From positions 1,178,001 through 1,242,000 of the forward strand of contig LSRY02000015.1 of NCBI GenBank assembly GCA_001643675.2: a DNA stretch of 64,000 nucleotides, written 5' to 3'. This stretch comes from Monocercomonoides exilis PA203 (taxonomy: Eukaryota; Protista; Preaxostyla). This document shows positions 52,801-61,740 of the stretch, piece after piece (position 1 is the stretch's first letter; the number at the start of each line of letters is the position of its first letter). Below the pieces are notes generated by a model. It was not told the origin of the DNA. It saw only the letters and a list, made by a program, of their open reading frames with translations, and made no database searches. Both the position numbers and the translations under genes were made by a program.

Positions 52801-55800
52801 GTGTCGAATGTGGGGTTTGAGTGGAGAGAGAGCGGGATTGTTGGATACAGGATTGTGAGCACGCTGAAGGGGATGCTGAATGTGCAGAACTGCTCTGTCA
52901 GGGAAGCGTCGTTTGAGAAGGTGCCGTTTGCTGTGCATTCGAGTGTGGTTGTGGAGAGCTTGGAGGCGGATGGGGTTACAAGTGAGGGGAGCAGAGCAGG
53001 GGGAGTGATGGAAATTGAGCTGAGCGGAGAAGAGAAGGCTGTGTTGAGAAGCACAAATGCAAGAGGATGCAAATGTTCTGTGAGTGAAGGAAGAGGAGGG
53101 TTTGTGCATGTGAATGGAAGCGAAGCGAGGAGTGCATCCCTGCTGACGCTGCGGGGAGTTGTGTTTGAGGGAAATGAAGCATGGAAGGGGAAGAATGTGT
53201 ATCTGGAGTGTGCTGATCTGAATGGGAGTGTGAATGAGGAGACATTTGTGTTTGAATTTGGCGAGATGGAGAAAGACAGCAACCTGTTTGTTGGGAGCGA
53301 TGGGATCCACAAGGACACAGATTTGTTCCGGTTCCTGGTTGGATATGAAAACTGGATGGTGCATGTGTCGTGGAGCGGGCATGATGTGAAGCGATGTGGA
53401 AGCGAGGCAGATCCGTGCCACACGTTCTGGAAGGGGATGGGGCAGATGGAGGCGGGGCAGGGAAAGAGGAAGATGGTGATTGGGGAAAAGAGCGAGATCA
53501 GGGATGAGTACAAGGTGAGAGACTTTGAAGTGGTGTCTTTTGGAGGAAGTGATGAAAAGAGAGTGAAAAGCGAGATGGTATTCGGGATGGGAGCAGGAGG
53601 GAATGGCGGACATCTAGAAGGAGAGGGGAACCTGGAGCTGTCATATCTTACAATGAGTGCAATGGCAGGGTTTGTAAACAAAGAAGGGTCTCTGGTAACC
53701 AGCAGGAGTGGGATGCTGATGATGAAGGACTGTAAGCTGTCGTGGGATGGGGATAGAGACAGCGTAATGGAGGTATCGTTTGTGCAGGCAGTTCGAGGAC
53801 AGATGGTGCTGGAGGATGTCCGAGCAGATTCGGTGTCAGTAGGAAAGAGCATGATTGTTGCGAGCCACGAAGTGTCTGTGCAGGTGAGAGGGATGAGAGT
53901 GAGCTCGTGCAACATAAGCTCGGGGAGTGTGATTGAGGTGGTTGCTTCATCAGCATCAACAATATCAAGAGCAGACCTTGGAGTGGAAGCAGGAGGGAGA
54001 AAGCAGCAAAAGGAGAGGAACAGCGAAGAGTGGGGACTGGTGGTGAATAGATCAGAGTTTGTGTTTGTGAAGGGAGCAGGAGATGGAAGCCGGGTGGTGA
54101 GCTATCTGGACTGGATGGGGAAGGGGGTGGAGCTGGTGGATTGTGTGTTCACGGGGTGTGAAGGGGCTGGGAATGAGAAAGGAGGAGCGATTTTTGTGGA
54201 GGTCGGGGCAGATGGGTGGTATGAGCTGCGGGAGTGTCGAGTGGAGAAGTGCGGGTGCTCGACGGAGAAGGGGCGGGGAGGCGGGATGTATGTGCGGACA
54301 GACGGGGCAGGGAAGCTGGGGATGCTGATTGCGCCGAAGAAGTTTGAGGCGAACACAGCGTTTGCAGGGCGGGATGTGTTTGTGGAGTGCGACAATCTGC
54401 GGAGGCAGATCAACGAGACGCACTTCCGGATGAGCTTTGACGAGGATGTGTTTGTGCGGCAGAATGCGATCTTGGGGATTGACCGGAGCGAGCAGTCGAG
54501 GGAGCCGATGGATCTGCTGGATCTGATTCTTGTGTATCAGGCAGACACGATTATTGTGAGTTCTGCGGAAGGGAGGAACGGGGATGACAAACGGCAGTGT
54601 GGGGTTGTGGAGCAGCCGTGCTTGAGTGTTGGGTATGGGCTGATGCATGTGTCGCACAAGGTGGATAGCAGGCTGATTGTGGATGGGAAGAGTGTGATGG
54701 ATCGTGAGATGGAGTTTGAGGAGGTGAGTGTGCTGTCGCGAGGAAGGGCAGCAGCAGAGGTGGCGGTTGCTGGGCAGATCGAGGGGGAGAGGAGGAGGGT
54801 GGTTGAGTGCCGAGGAGCAGTGGAGATAAGGCTGCTTGCATTCCAGTTTGCGGAAGTGATGGAAGGGGGGCATTGTGTTCTGTTTGGATGCACAGAGGGG
54901 AGTGTGTCGTTGGAAGGATGCGAGTTCAGCCCAGTGGAAGGGGCAGATGCTTCGGCAGTGCATCTGACGCTGATCGAGGCATCGGGGGCTGAGGTGTATA
55001 TTTCTGATGTGAAGGTGGCCAAGCTCGAAGTGGAGTGTGTCTGTGAGGTGGAAGGGGTTGGGGTGTCTGGGAATGTTGTATTTGAGAGGCTGAAAGTGGA
55101 AGAGGTGAAGGTGGGGAGGCATGCAATGGGGCTGAGCTGGCAGGTAGGTGGAAGGCAGGAAGGGATGGGCTGCTGCGAAGTGTTGCTTTGCTCGCTGGGA
55201 AATGTGTCGTTTGGAGATGAAGAAGGGAGGATTGCAGAGATTGATGTTGGAGGGTGTTTGGTGGAGGTGTTCAACAGCTCGTTTGTGAACGAGTGGAAGG
55301 GGAAAAGGCAGGGTGAGCTTGCTCTGTTTGGGCATTGCACAGATATGAAGATTGTTTCATGTTTGTTCTGTGGCGGGAAAGGGAGTGAAGAGAATGGAAG
55401 TGAGGAGGAGGAAGAAGTTTTGTTTGGATTGAGCGAGGTGTGCAAATGGAATGGGTCAGTGGTTGAGCTTGAAGGGAGTGCTGGTGTGATGAGGGATACG
55501 AGAGTGGAAAAGAGCGGAGCTGGAGGGCTGCTGGTGGATGGCGGGAAAGTGAGAGTGGAGAAAGGAGAGTTTGTGGAGAACAAAGTGCACATTGCAGGAT
55601 ATGAGTCTGTTCGGAGGAATGTTCGGTGCAGCGGAGGCGGAGAGGTGGATTTGAGGAGCTTGAAAGGGGGAGATGGAGCGAAAGAGAACAGCTCGCTGTG
55701 GATTCTGGAAGAAGGGTGCAGTCTGCTGGGGATTGCAGCTGAGCGAGCATCACCTCTGTTCATCCCAGAGCTGGAGGAGGTGGGGATGGAAGAAGAGGGA

Positions 55801-57450
55801 GAGAGCATGCATCTCATCGCAAAGGGAGAGCTTCTGCTCCCGTGCAATCTGTCTCTGAAGGTGATTTTCAGGAGAGGCGATGAAGAAGCGACTGAGGGAT
55901 ATGAGTTTGATGAAGAGGGATTTGTGTGGGAGAAGGAAGCGCATGCAAGGATTCATCTGGTGAAGGTGACAGAAGCAGATGAGGAAATAGAGATATCATG
56001 TTTTGTAAAGTTTGGCAGTGCGACTGCTCCATCATACACAAGATCTGTTATGTTGAAGAACAGAAGTGAACCCAAGGTTAATGGAGACGAAAGGGTTGTT
56101 GAGGGAGGAAAAGAAGGGAAATCGTATTGGTTGTTGATTGTGATAATTATGGGCATCATATTGTTGATTGTTCTGATTGGATTTATTTTATTTATTGTTC
56201 AATGGAAGAAGGTCAAGAATGAAGCAGAAGATTTGAGAGAGATTGTGAATGATAACATCAGAAAGGATCCGAAGGCATTTGAGATGGTGACGATGGAGAT
56301 GTCACCAGAGGAGCAGTGGAGGAGAGGAGAGAAGGAGGCAGAGAAGAAGAATGAGGAGAGGATGAAGAAGAGAGTGTATGAGAAAAGCTTGGGACACTCA
56401 GAGTCATCAGAGCATCTTCTCTCTGAGAGTGGATCAACTGAATATATCTTGGGAAAGGATTCAGACAAGATCCCAGATTGGGCATTAGAAAAGGAGGTGG
56501 AGGAAGAGACAAGGAAGAGAACACCATCGCCATCTATTTCATCCACATCAACAACTGATTCAGATTCCACATTTGTTCGAGGAGAGGATTTGTGTCCAAC
56601 CACTTCATCGATGTCGAACTTGGTGGATGCCATGGCCTGTTCATCGCCTTTTGAGAAGCTGATTGTGGACTTGAGGGATTCGCTGTTCATGCTGCTTCAT
56701 GGGAGGAATGAGAAGAAGGAAATGGCGATTGGAAGTCTTCAAGAGAGAGAAATGACAGCTGCCCAAATCCTGTTCTGGGTGGCCAATTTGGCACTCCACT
56801 CATTTGATGAAATGGAAAACCCTCTTCAATCCCTTTCCAATCTGAGCCCTCACATTGTTCTTTTCTCCGAGCACATGGTCATCTGCATTGTGATGCACTC
56901 AGATTTATTATCAGATGATGACTCAGATTCATCCTCCATCTCTTCATCAACAGTTGTGACATCTGCCAGTGGCAATGATGATGATGAAAGCGACTCTTTG
57001 CCCTCATCTGCCTTTGAGGATGAGGATAGTTTCAAAAAAGAGTGTCTGAGGTGGAAGGCACCAGAGCTGCTGAATGGGACAAAGAAACATGCAACAAAGA
57101 AGACTGTTGTGTTCTCGATTGGGATGATGCTGTGGGAGTGCCTGACGCTGCAGATCCCATTTGGAGATTATGAGGCTGAGACAGCGGGAGAGAAGATAAA
57201 GAATGGGGAGAGGCCAAACATGGAGGTGATTGAGACAAGCAGTTTTGGTGAGACGACGAAAGCGTGTGTGACGCTGCAGGCGAAGAGCAGACCCACACTT
57301 GTGGAGCTGAAGCGAGAGTTCTTCGGGCACTTTCCAGCAGAGGTGGTGGTTGTGACAGCGTCTGATGCAATCGACGATGAAAACGTGAGCGATGTTGGCA
57401 GAGGAAGCGATATTGGGAGCAGCAGTTTCTGTGACACATCATATCTGTAG
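49816..57450 (+). CDS. Intronless ~2,544-aa type I surface protein: signal peptide, Cys/Gly/Val-rich beta-helix-like ectodomain (GGA[I/L], FxxN motifs), one TM, degenerate kinase-like cytoplasmic domain
   Basis: MTIFCIAIFVIVIVS signal; NGGALKV, KGGAIFV, FERNRA, FEGNEA, FEANTA repeats; TM YWLLIVIIMGIILLIVLIGFILFIV (~56125-56200); kinase C-lobe motifs RWKAPE, VFSIGMMLWE, IPF, GERP, SRP. Resembles an expanded family recalled from Monocercomonoides. Confidence 0.9.
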   Translation: MTIFCIAIFVIVIVSHTEEKGRDGFDNRSITDFYENEGKTNTSGSAFASAFANEKIRNTFMRDIVKDEMLKVAKVASPSEEKGVFVVKNSSVHFEGMKIECSKNAFTLKANDRSLIELFACEIGGMDLSKKPFGVGSGKAIMENVSMIPTRDFGCLEAPLIEGNEYLEFVLRESVFVDAIIGMKESSLLCGGSFVRVSVMECNFKNITRGRAENGKQEELKLFAETCEVSGSYFVDCFQPYYGTVVAPSKISFSCKNTSYVGCANSAVEEKNQTFNERKVFAEGDIKITDCFFKCTSPTENGGALKVVGASTTCELLRCWFNECSCGNSNPEYDYNGGCTYFENVLNSKFFDTNATNCNSSYVCGGIHFRGSRNYQVKCCNFLNCSAQYYSSLSIYNDKSGTVSSCIIKNGEATEGAGGLNYWSGFGITTTSDCVITNCHSVRYGALSFRWSSGDPIGAHIYFIFFSGNSLNNKSLGADISTHEIWVGKVLDEDVKYCYSTSANLRATDGGVNKTAWLPNPPTASDSFAELYVSWRRGEDTVGWGDRTRPFKTVKHALSVRERRKITVVEGEYGEMSVNVGECTMVFDGDRRDNSKVISERVMAGSGLFEVTSGELMMSKFSVIHNSSSSAGSSVVKMTGKGVVEAKECVFQSESEAQANPFQVGFVEVSDGVAKFADCLFANIELRSTAMVVCGSVGNVEFVRTEFGRVVRDEGNGSVMDVRVGDGECLEVMEWKLVGCVCRDGNGGGLKCEVAEGGVVVIENSTFEGCEARGSEGKGGGMFMSVVGENREDCFAVKGCVFERNRAVEGADMFVVCEDLNATILPKRFDMELVGEDGVSKVELRGRDNGRFARESVDLLLFLVKFSGDEVHVSEGSGMDVLGCGKEEIACGTLWCGIGHLKEESVQEEQKVVVGDRCVVSDCFVFERGTMICGPEAEEAKQAKMQVESELKSDGREAVMWSGERLSVRMFVISLPQVFGAGQSMVLGTEGGVVNVSNVGFEWRESGIVGYRIVSTLKGMLNVQNCSVREASFEKVPFAVHSSVVVESLEADGVTSEGSRAGGVMEIELSGEEKAVLRSTNARGCKCSVSEGRGGFVHVNGSEARSASLLTLRGVVFEGNEAWKGKNVYLECADLNGSVNEETFVFEFGEMEKDSNLFVGSDGIHKDTDLFRFLVGYENWMVHVSWSGHDVKRCGSEADPCHTFWKGMGQMEAGQGKRKMVIGEKSEIRDEYKVRDFEVVSFGGSDEKRVKSEMVFGMGAGGNGGHLEGEGNLELSYLTMSAMAGFVNKEGSLVTSRSGMLMMKDCKLSWDGDRDSVMEVSFVQAVRGQMVLEDVRADSVSVGKSMIVASHEVSVQVRGMRVSSCNISSGSVIEVVASSASTISRADLGVEAGGRKQQKERNSEEWGLVVNRSEFVFVKGAGDGSRVVSYLDWMGKGVELVDCVFTGCEGAGNEKGGAIFVEVGADGWYELRECRVEKCGCSTEKGRGGGMYVRTDGAGKLGMLIAPKKFEANTAFAGRDVFVECDNLRRQINETHFRMSFDEDVFVRQNAILGIDRSEQSREPMDLLDLILVYQADTIIVSSAEGRNGDDKRQCGVVEQPCLSVGYGLMHVSHKVDSRLIVDGKSVMDREMEFEEVSVLSRGRAAAEVAVAGQIEGERRRVVECRGAVEIRLLAFQFAEVMEGGHCVLFGCTEGSVSLEGCEFSPVEGADASAVHLTLIEASGAEVYISDVKVAKLEVECVCEVEGVGVSGNVVFERLKVEEVKVGRHAMGLSWQVGGRQEGMGCCEVLLCSLGNVSFGDEEGRIAEIDVGGCLVEVFNSSFVNEWKGKRQGELALFGHCTDMKIVSCLFCGGKGSEENGSEEEEEVLFGLSEVCKWNGSVVELEGSAGVMRDTRVEKSGAGGLLVDGGKVRVEKGEFVENKVHIAGYESVRRNVRCSGGGEVDLRSLKGGDGAKENSSLWILEEGCSLLGIAAERASPLFIPELEEVGMEEEGESMHLIAKGELLLPCNLSLKVIFRRGDEEATEGYEFDEEGFVWEKEAHARIHLVKVTEADEEIEISCFVKFGSATAPSYTRSVMLKNRSEPKVNGDERVVEGGKEGKSYWLLIVIIMGIILLIVLIGFILFIVQWKKVKNEAEDLREIVNDNIRKDPKAFEMVTMEMSPEEQWRRGEKEAEKKNEERMKKRVYEKSLGHSESSEHLLSESGSTEYILGKDSDKIPDWALEKEVEEETRKRTPSPSISSTSTTDSDSTFVRGEDLCPTTSSMSNLVDAMACSSPFEKLIVDLRDSLFMLLHGRNEKKEMAIGSLQEREMTAAQILFWVANLALHSFDEMENPLQSLSNLSPHIVLFSEHMVICIVMHSDLLSDDDSDSSSISSSTVVTSASGNDDDESDSLPSSAFEDEDSFKKECLRWKAPELLNGTKKHATKKTVVFSIGMMLWECLTLQIPFGDYEAETAGEKIKNGERPNMEVIETSSFGETTKACVTLQAKSRPTLVELKREFFGHFPAEVVVVTASDAIDDENVSDVGRGSDIGSSSFCDTSYL

Positions 57451-58916
57451 TTGTTTGCGGTTGAAGAGCACAAAACTGGAAAAGGAAGAATGAAAAAAAC
57501 GACAAACAAACCGAATGAGAGTGGATCGAACATTTTGAACGATTTGAAACACCGAATGAGGAGAGGGGAAAGAAAGTTGGCATTGGGGTGACGAAGCTGA
57601 AACAGAAGTGATGGTATTGTGAATGTTGAAATTGGTCAGTTGCAGTGAAGAAATTTTGTTGCGGTTTCCGAATCGCAAGCAAAAAGCGGGTTGCTGATTT
57701 CTTGAACAAAAACGAGTGTTTGCTTTTATTTTATATTTTTTGTTATTGTTCTTTTTTGTTGAATTGGAAATACAACGGCAAAGGAATGAATGAAAATGAA
57801 AAACAATTTGAACCATCATGTATTTTCTTATTTGAAAAAAAAAAAAAACCCAAAAAAAAATATTTCTGAAACAGCCATTTTGTTACAAGTGTGTTTTCTG
57901 AAGCATTGTTGTTGGCTGTTAATTATTGATATGTGTGAAGGCACAGAGCTGTTTGGAATTGACATTGAAAACAAAAGTACATTCACAGAAAGGATGAATT
58001 GGAGATGAAAATTCAGTCTTGAAAAAAGGAGAGAGGAGTGTTTGACACACGAAAACAAAAGAAAAGAACAATTTTGAAAAATTATTTTGTTACAAATGCT
58101 GTCAAGAATTATTGCTTATTCATTTTTAATAGTTATATTTCACTTCAAACTGCAGTTTTCGATGATATTGAATGATAGCCATCGATTCCTTTCTAATTTT
58201 TAAAATAGAAAAATAATTTTTTTTATTTTTTTTTATTTTTTTTTTATAGTTTCAAATTCAACAAATGCAGTCAAAAATATTTTGTTTAACATAGATGAGA
58301 TTGATTCCCCACTTTTCAAAAGGATTTCAGGTTGATTCATCATCCTTTCTTTTTAATTCTTTTGTTAAACATCTTTTATTTTCCTGAGGTCATGCAAAGT
58401 ATTTTATCTAAAAAAAAATAATTTCCATATTTTGACACTTCACGCAATAAAACTCTAATAAAAAAACAAAAGAGTTTATTTTAAAATTGAAATCATCTGA
58501 TTTTTTCGGGTATTCACCGAAAAAAACCCAACTAATATGGCACATTTTTTTCAAAATCATCCTTTTTTTCGGTCCTTCATTAAATATTACCCATGTTAAA
58601 TAAATATTATCAAATATTGTTCTTTGTTAAATGTTTGACTTTTCTAATTATTTTTTCTTATGGAAAACCACAAAAATCCACTTTTCTATTTCTTCATTCA
58701 TTAGTATTTTAGTAATTTTCTCAAAACAAAAAAATAAAACTCAAACAATATTTTATCGAATAACAACTTGTTTTTCAAAAGAGCCAAACAATTAATTTCT
58801 ACAAAAAATTGAAAAAATAGTAAAAAATTTGAAACTTTAACAGTACTGTTAAAGAACTCAAAAAAAATGAATGAAATTTGTTTTATTTCAAAAATTGTTT
58901 CAAGAGCGTCTGCCCT

Positions 58917-59005
58917 GGGAGGCTGATTCTGGACCCAAAGCCTTCAAGGGACTGTGCTGGACCGGTCACAGCACAGTCCCAGGACGGAATCAGCCTAGCC
59001 CTTTT
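58917..59005. other. GC-rich nested inverted repeat (stem-loop) followed by a T-tract; possible ncRNA or element terminus
   Basis: GGGACTGTGCTG (58948-58959) pairs perfectly with CAGCACAGTCCC (58969-58980). AGGCTGATTC (58920-58929) pairs with GAATCAGCCT (58987-58996). TTTT follows at 59002. Confidence 0.7.
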
Positions 59006-59153
59006 GTTTTTACACAAGCGCAAAAGAGTGTACTTAGAATTTATTGTTTTCACAATAATTCAAAGCTTGAGCAACAGACAACTCAAGAAACAAAATTTGA
59101 ATAAAAACAAATTCAAAAGAATCAATTTAAAAAACCATCATTATGAAAAAAGT

Positions 59154-60420
59154 TCATTTAAAAATCTGATTGTCCAGTTTTTTTCTGTTCTCAAACAACC
59201 TTAAGGTATTGTTTCCCACGCTGTGTGGTTGGCAAGTTTTGTTTCGAGTTTTAAATGTTTTTAAAGGCCTCTCGTCTCTCACTCTTCTTTCTCCGAACTG
59301 CATTTTGTATTCTCCTTTCCCGTTGGATGGCGATGCAACTGATCTGAAAACTTCACCTCCACGCTTTTCATAAAATAAATAAGTTTTCATATTTTTCAGT
59401 ACCATTTTTTTCCAAAGTATTTTGTTTGATGGATAAAACCTGTTATCGATTCAAACAAAAAAATTGATAAAATAAACAAAGAAAAATATTATTACAGAAA
59501 TCAAAACCGAAACCAGTTATTTCAAACCTTAAAAAGTGACGATGCAGCTTTTCTCTTCCATCAACAGAATTTCTTTTGAATGAGGCACAATGAGATGCAT
59601 TATTTTGAAAGAACGCTATGAGATCATTAACATTTTCTATTACTGTTTCATCGTCAAGCTCATTTTGAATGCATTTTGATAAATGGCCAAACTCTCCATC
59701 ACATTCGCATTTTCCGTGGTGTTCGCAGAAAAATGAAAGAGTTGTTTTTTTCCCTTTTGCAAATGAAGAATTGTCTGACTGCAAATAGTGAAGAAGGAAG
59801 GAATTTCTAAAGTGGGGGCCTGTATCGTATATGAAATGAAAAGAATTTTTCTGACTAAACAACTGGTGATTTAACACTTCTTGAAGGCATTAAATTGAAA
59901 AACGATAATCCTGCGATAGAGTGTTTGAAAAAAAGTTGAATATGTGTTTGACCAAGTTGCCTTTCTCATCTTTGATGAATCCAATAATACACAGTTGAGA
60001 AACTTCAACTTTTTCATAGAAATCTTTTCTTAATTGATTTTTACGTATTGGCAGGGACCAATTTTCTTTGAAATCAAATAGAAGCAAAGCTTCATCTGAG
60101 TTTAAGTTATCCTTCAATTGACGGAAATAAAGCTGTTGATGTCTAGCAAGAATGCGTTGATCTTCGATTAACTTCAATGTTGATTGATCCTTCTCACATA
60201 AAGTTTCGTTTTTTGCCTTCAGAAAATTCTTCTTTTTATGTAAACTTTCGAAAGTGACACACAAGTCGCAAAGATCACTTCTTTTTTTTGCCTTTTTGAG
60301 ATTCTTTGTCCTCTTATAAAATGTGCTTAGCGACATCTCTATATCAAGTTCATCCTTCATCTTTTCGAACAGCTTGACTTTTGATGTGTTGATTAATCTG
60401 ATAGATTTTTTTGGTTTTCT
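59154..60420 (-). pseudogene. DDE-type transposase core (Sola-like) with in-frame TAA at 59890 and a probable intron 59527-59440
   Basis: MSLSTFYK, KKAKKRSDLCDLC, LLLFDFKENW, HFIYDTGPHFRN, FFCEHHGKCECDGEFG. The DFxEN / D-x-G / HGKxxxDG pattern recalls Sola-type transposases; the superfamily assignment is from memory. Confidence 0.75.
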
Positions 60421-60819
60421 ATTATAATTGGAAGAATCATCTGGAATGTTAAAAATTGAAGGATATGAAACAGTTGAAGATGATTTATGTTTATAGTTTG
60501 TGTTTGTGGTTAAAGGTGCTGACGGAAATGTTTGAGTTGAAGCAGAATTTGTGGAATTGAAATGTTAAAATGTTGAGGTGAATTGCTGAGATGAGTGAAA
60601 TGTTGAGTTGAGTGGAAGTTGAAGTGTATCTCCGATATCGTTAGCAAAAGAGGAATCACTACTTAATTGAATAATCGGTGTTATTTGTTCTTCCTCATTC
60701 AGGTTCAGAAATGATTGATTAGTGCTTCTGTTATCTCTCGAATTCAATTCGTTATGAACAACTGCTGACATCAAGTTAGGAGATAACACATTGCTGATGT
60801 TATCATTCTCACTCTTTTC

Positions 60820-61740
60820 TATCTTCTCGTAAACAGATATATATGGTTTTGCTTTATTTGCCAAATGATAAGAAAATTCTGTTGAAATTTCATTGGATAT
60901 TTTTGACACTGTACCATTGCTGCATAAAAACCATGAATCATTTATCATTGAGGAATCTTGAGAACATTTGTTTCTTTCTTTGCAAATGCAAAAGAAATGA
61001 CCGTTGTTGTCATCTCCTGTGAAAAATAGTTGTGATATAAGTGAATAATTGTCTCCATCTTTTGTTGCAATGTCACTCACCTTCTGATGTCCTTTTTCAT
61101 TGAAGAATGACAATGTTAAATGAATCTTGTAGTTTTCCTAAATTTTGGTTAGTTATTTGTTCAAGTGAAAATGTCAAGAATCGAGGGAAGTGAGAAATTT
61201 TGAATTGAGAAAAATGATAAGTGTCAGCATCACAGTTGGAACAAAAGGCTCCGCTATTATTCGAATTGTTTTTATCAAGCACAAAGGAATTATTCAATGC
61301 ATCACGAATGCTGGATCCTTGAACCCTGATTATTGGAGTTGGTTCTGATGCTCCATTGAAGGATTCTTTGCAAATCGTGCATGTTCTTGGATAACAGATT
61401 GCTGCGTTCATTAAATTATTCAGTTCTGGTATTACAGATGATAAATCTTGAAACAAATTTATGAACACACAGTACATTTCTTGTTGATTTCCAATTGACA
61501 AATTGTGTTTTAAGTACCAGCCGGATACGAATAGTTCTGTCCATTGAATATTATCAAGAGAGCTGTGATTATGGTTGATTCCTTGCTTGCATGTACAAAG
61601 AGAATGAAGATTGATGGGAATCTGTTCAAACTTCCCCAAACGCTTTTTCATATGACAGCTTTGATAAATTGAACGAAAAATTTGAACCATGGAAGCAAGG
61701 CAACATGTGTTTCCAAAGTTGGGCAAAGGCGAAAATGTGC
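60820..61740 (-). pseudogene. Ubiquitin-specific protease (peptidase C19)-like domain, frameshifted near 61100
   Basis: Cys box PLPNFGNTCCLASMVQ; QQE (QQD box); CxxC pairs RTCTIC and FCSNC; ISHFPRFLTFSL; His box YSLISQLFFTGDDNNGHFF; WFLCSNGTVSKIS; PYISVYEK. All occur in canonical USP order. Confidence 0.82.

Noticed and set aside
51801-55847. Long antisense ORFs (704, 548, 427, 436 aa)
   Set aside because: Expected from the G-rich codon bias of the sense gene; no domain-like content.
58501-58525. Small hairpin TTTTTTCGG-n7-CCGAAAAAA
   Set aside because: Mostly A/T homopolymer pairing; plausible by chance.
58948-58998. Helitron 3' end (hairpin plus CTAG)
   Set aside because: CTAG is followed by C rather than T, the hairpin is longer than typical, and no Rep/helicase remnant or 5' end was seen.
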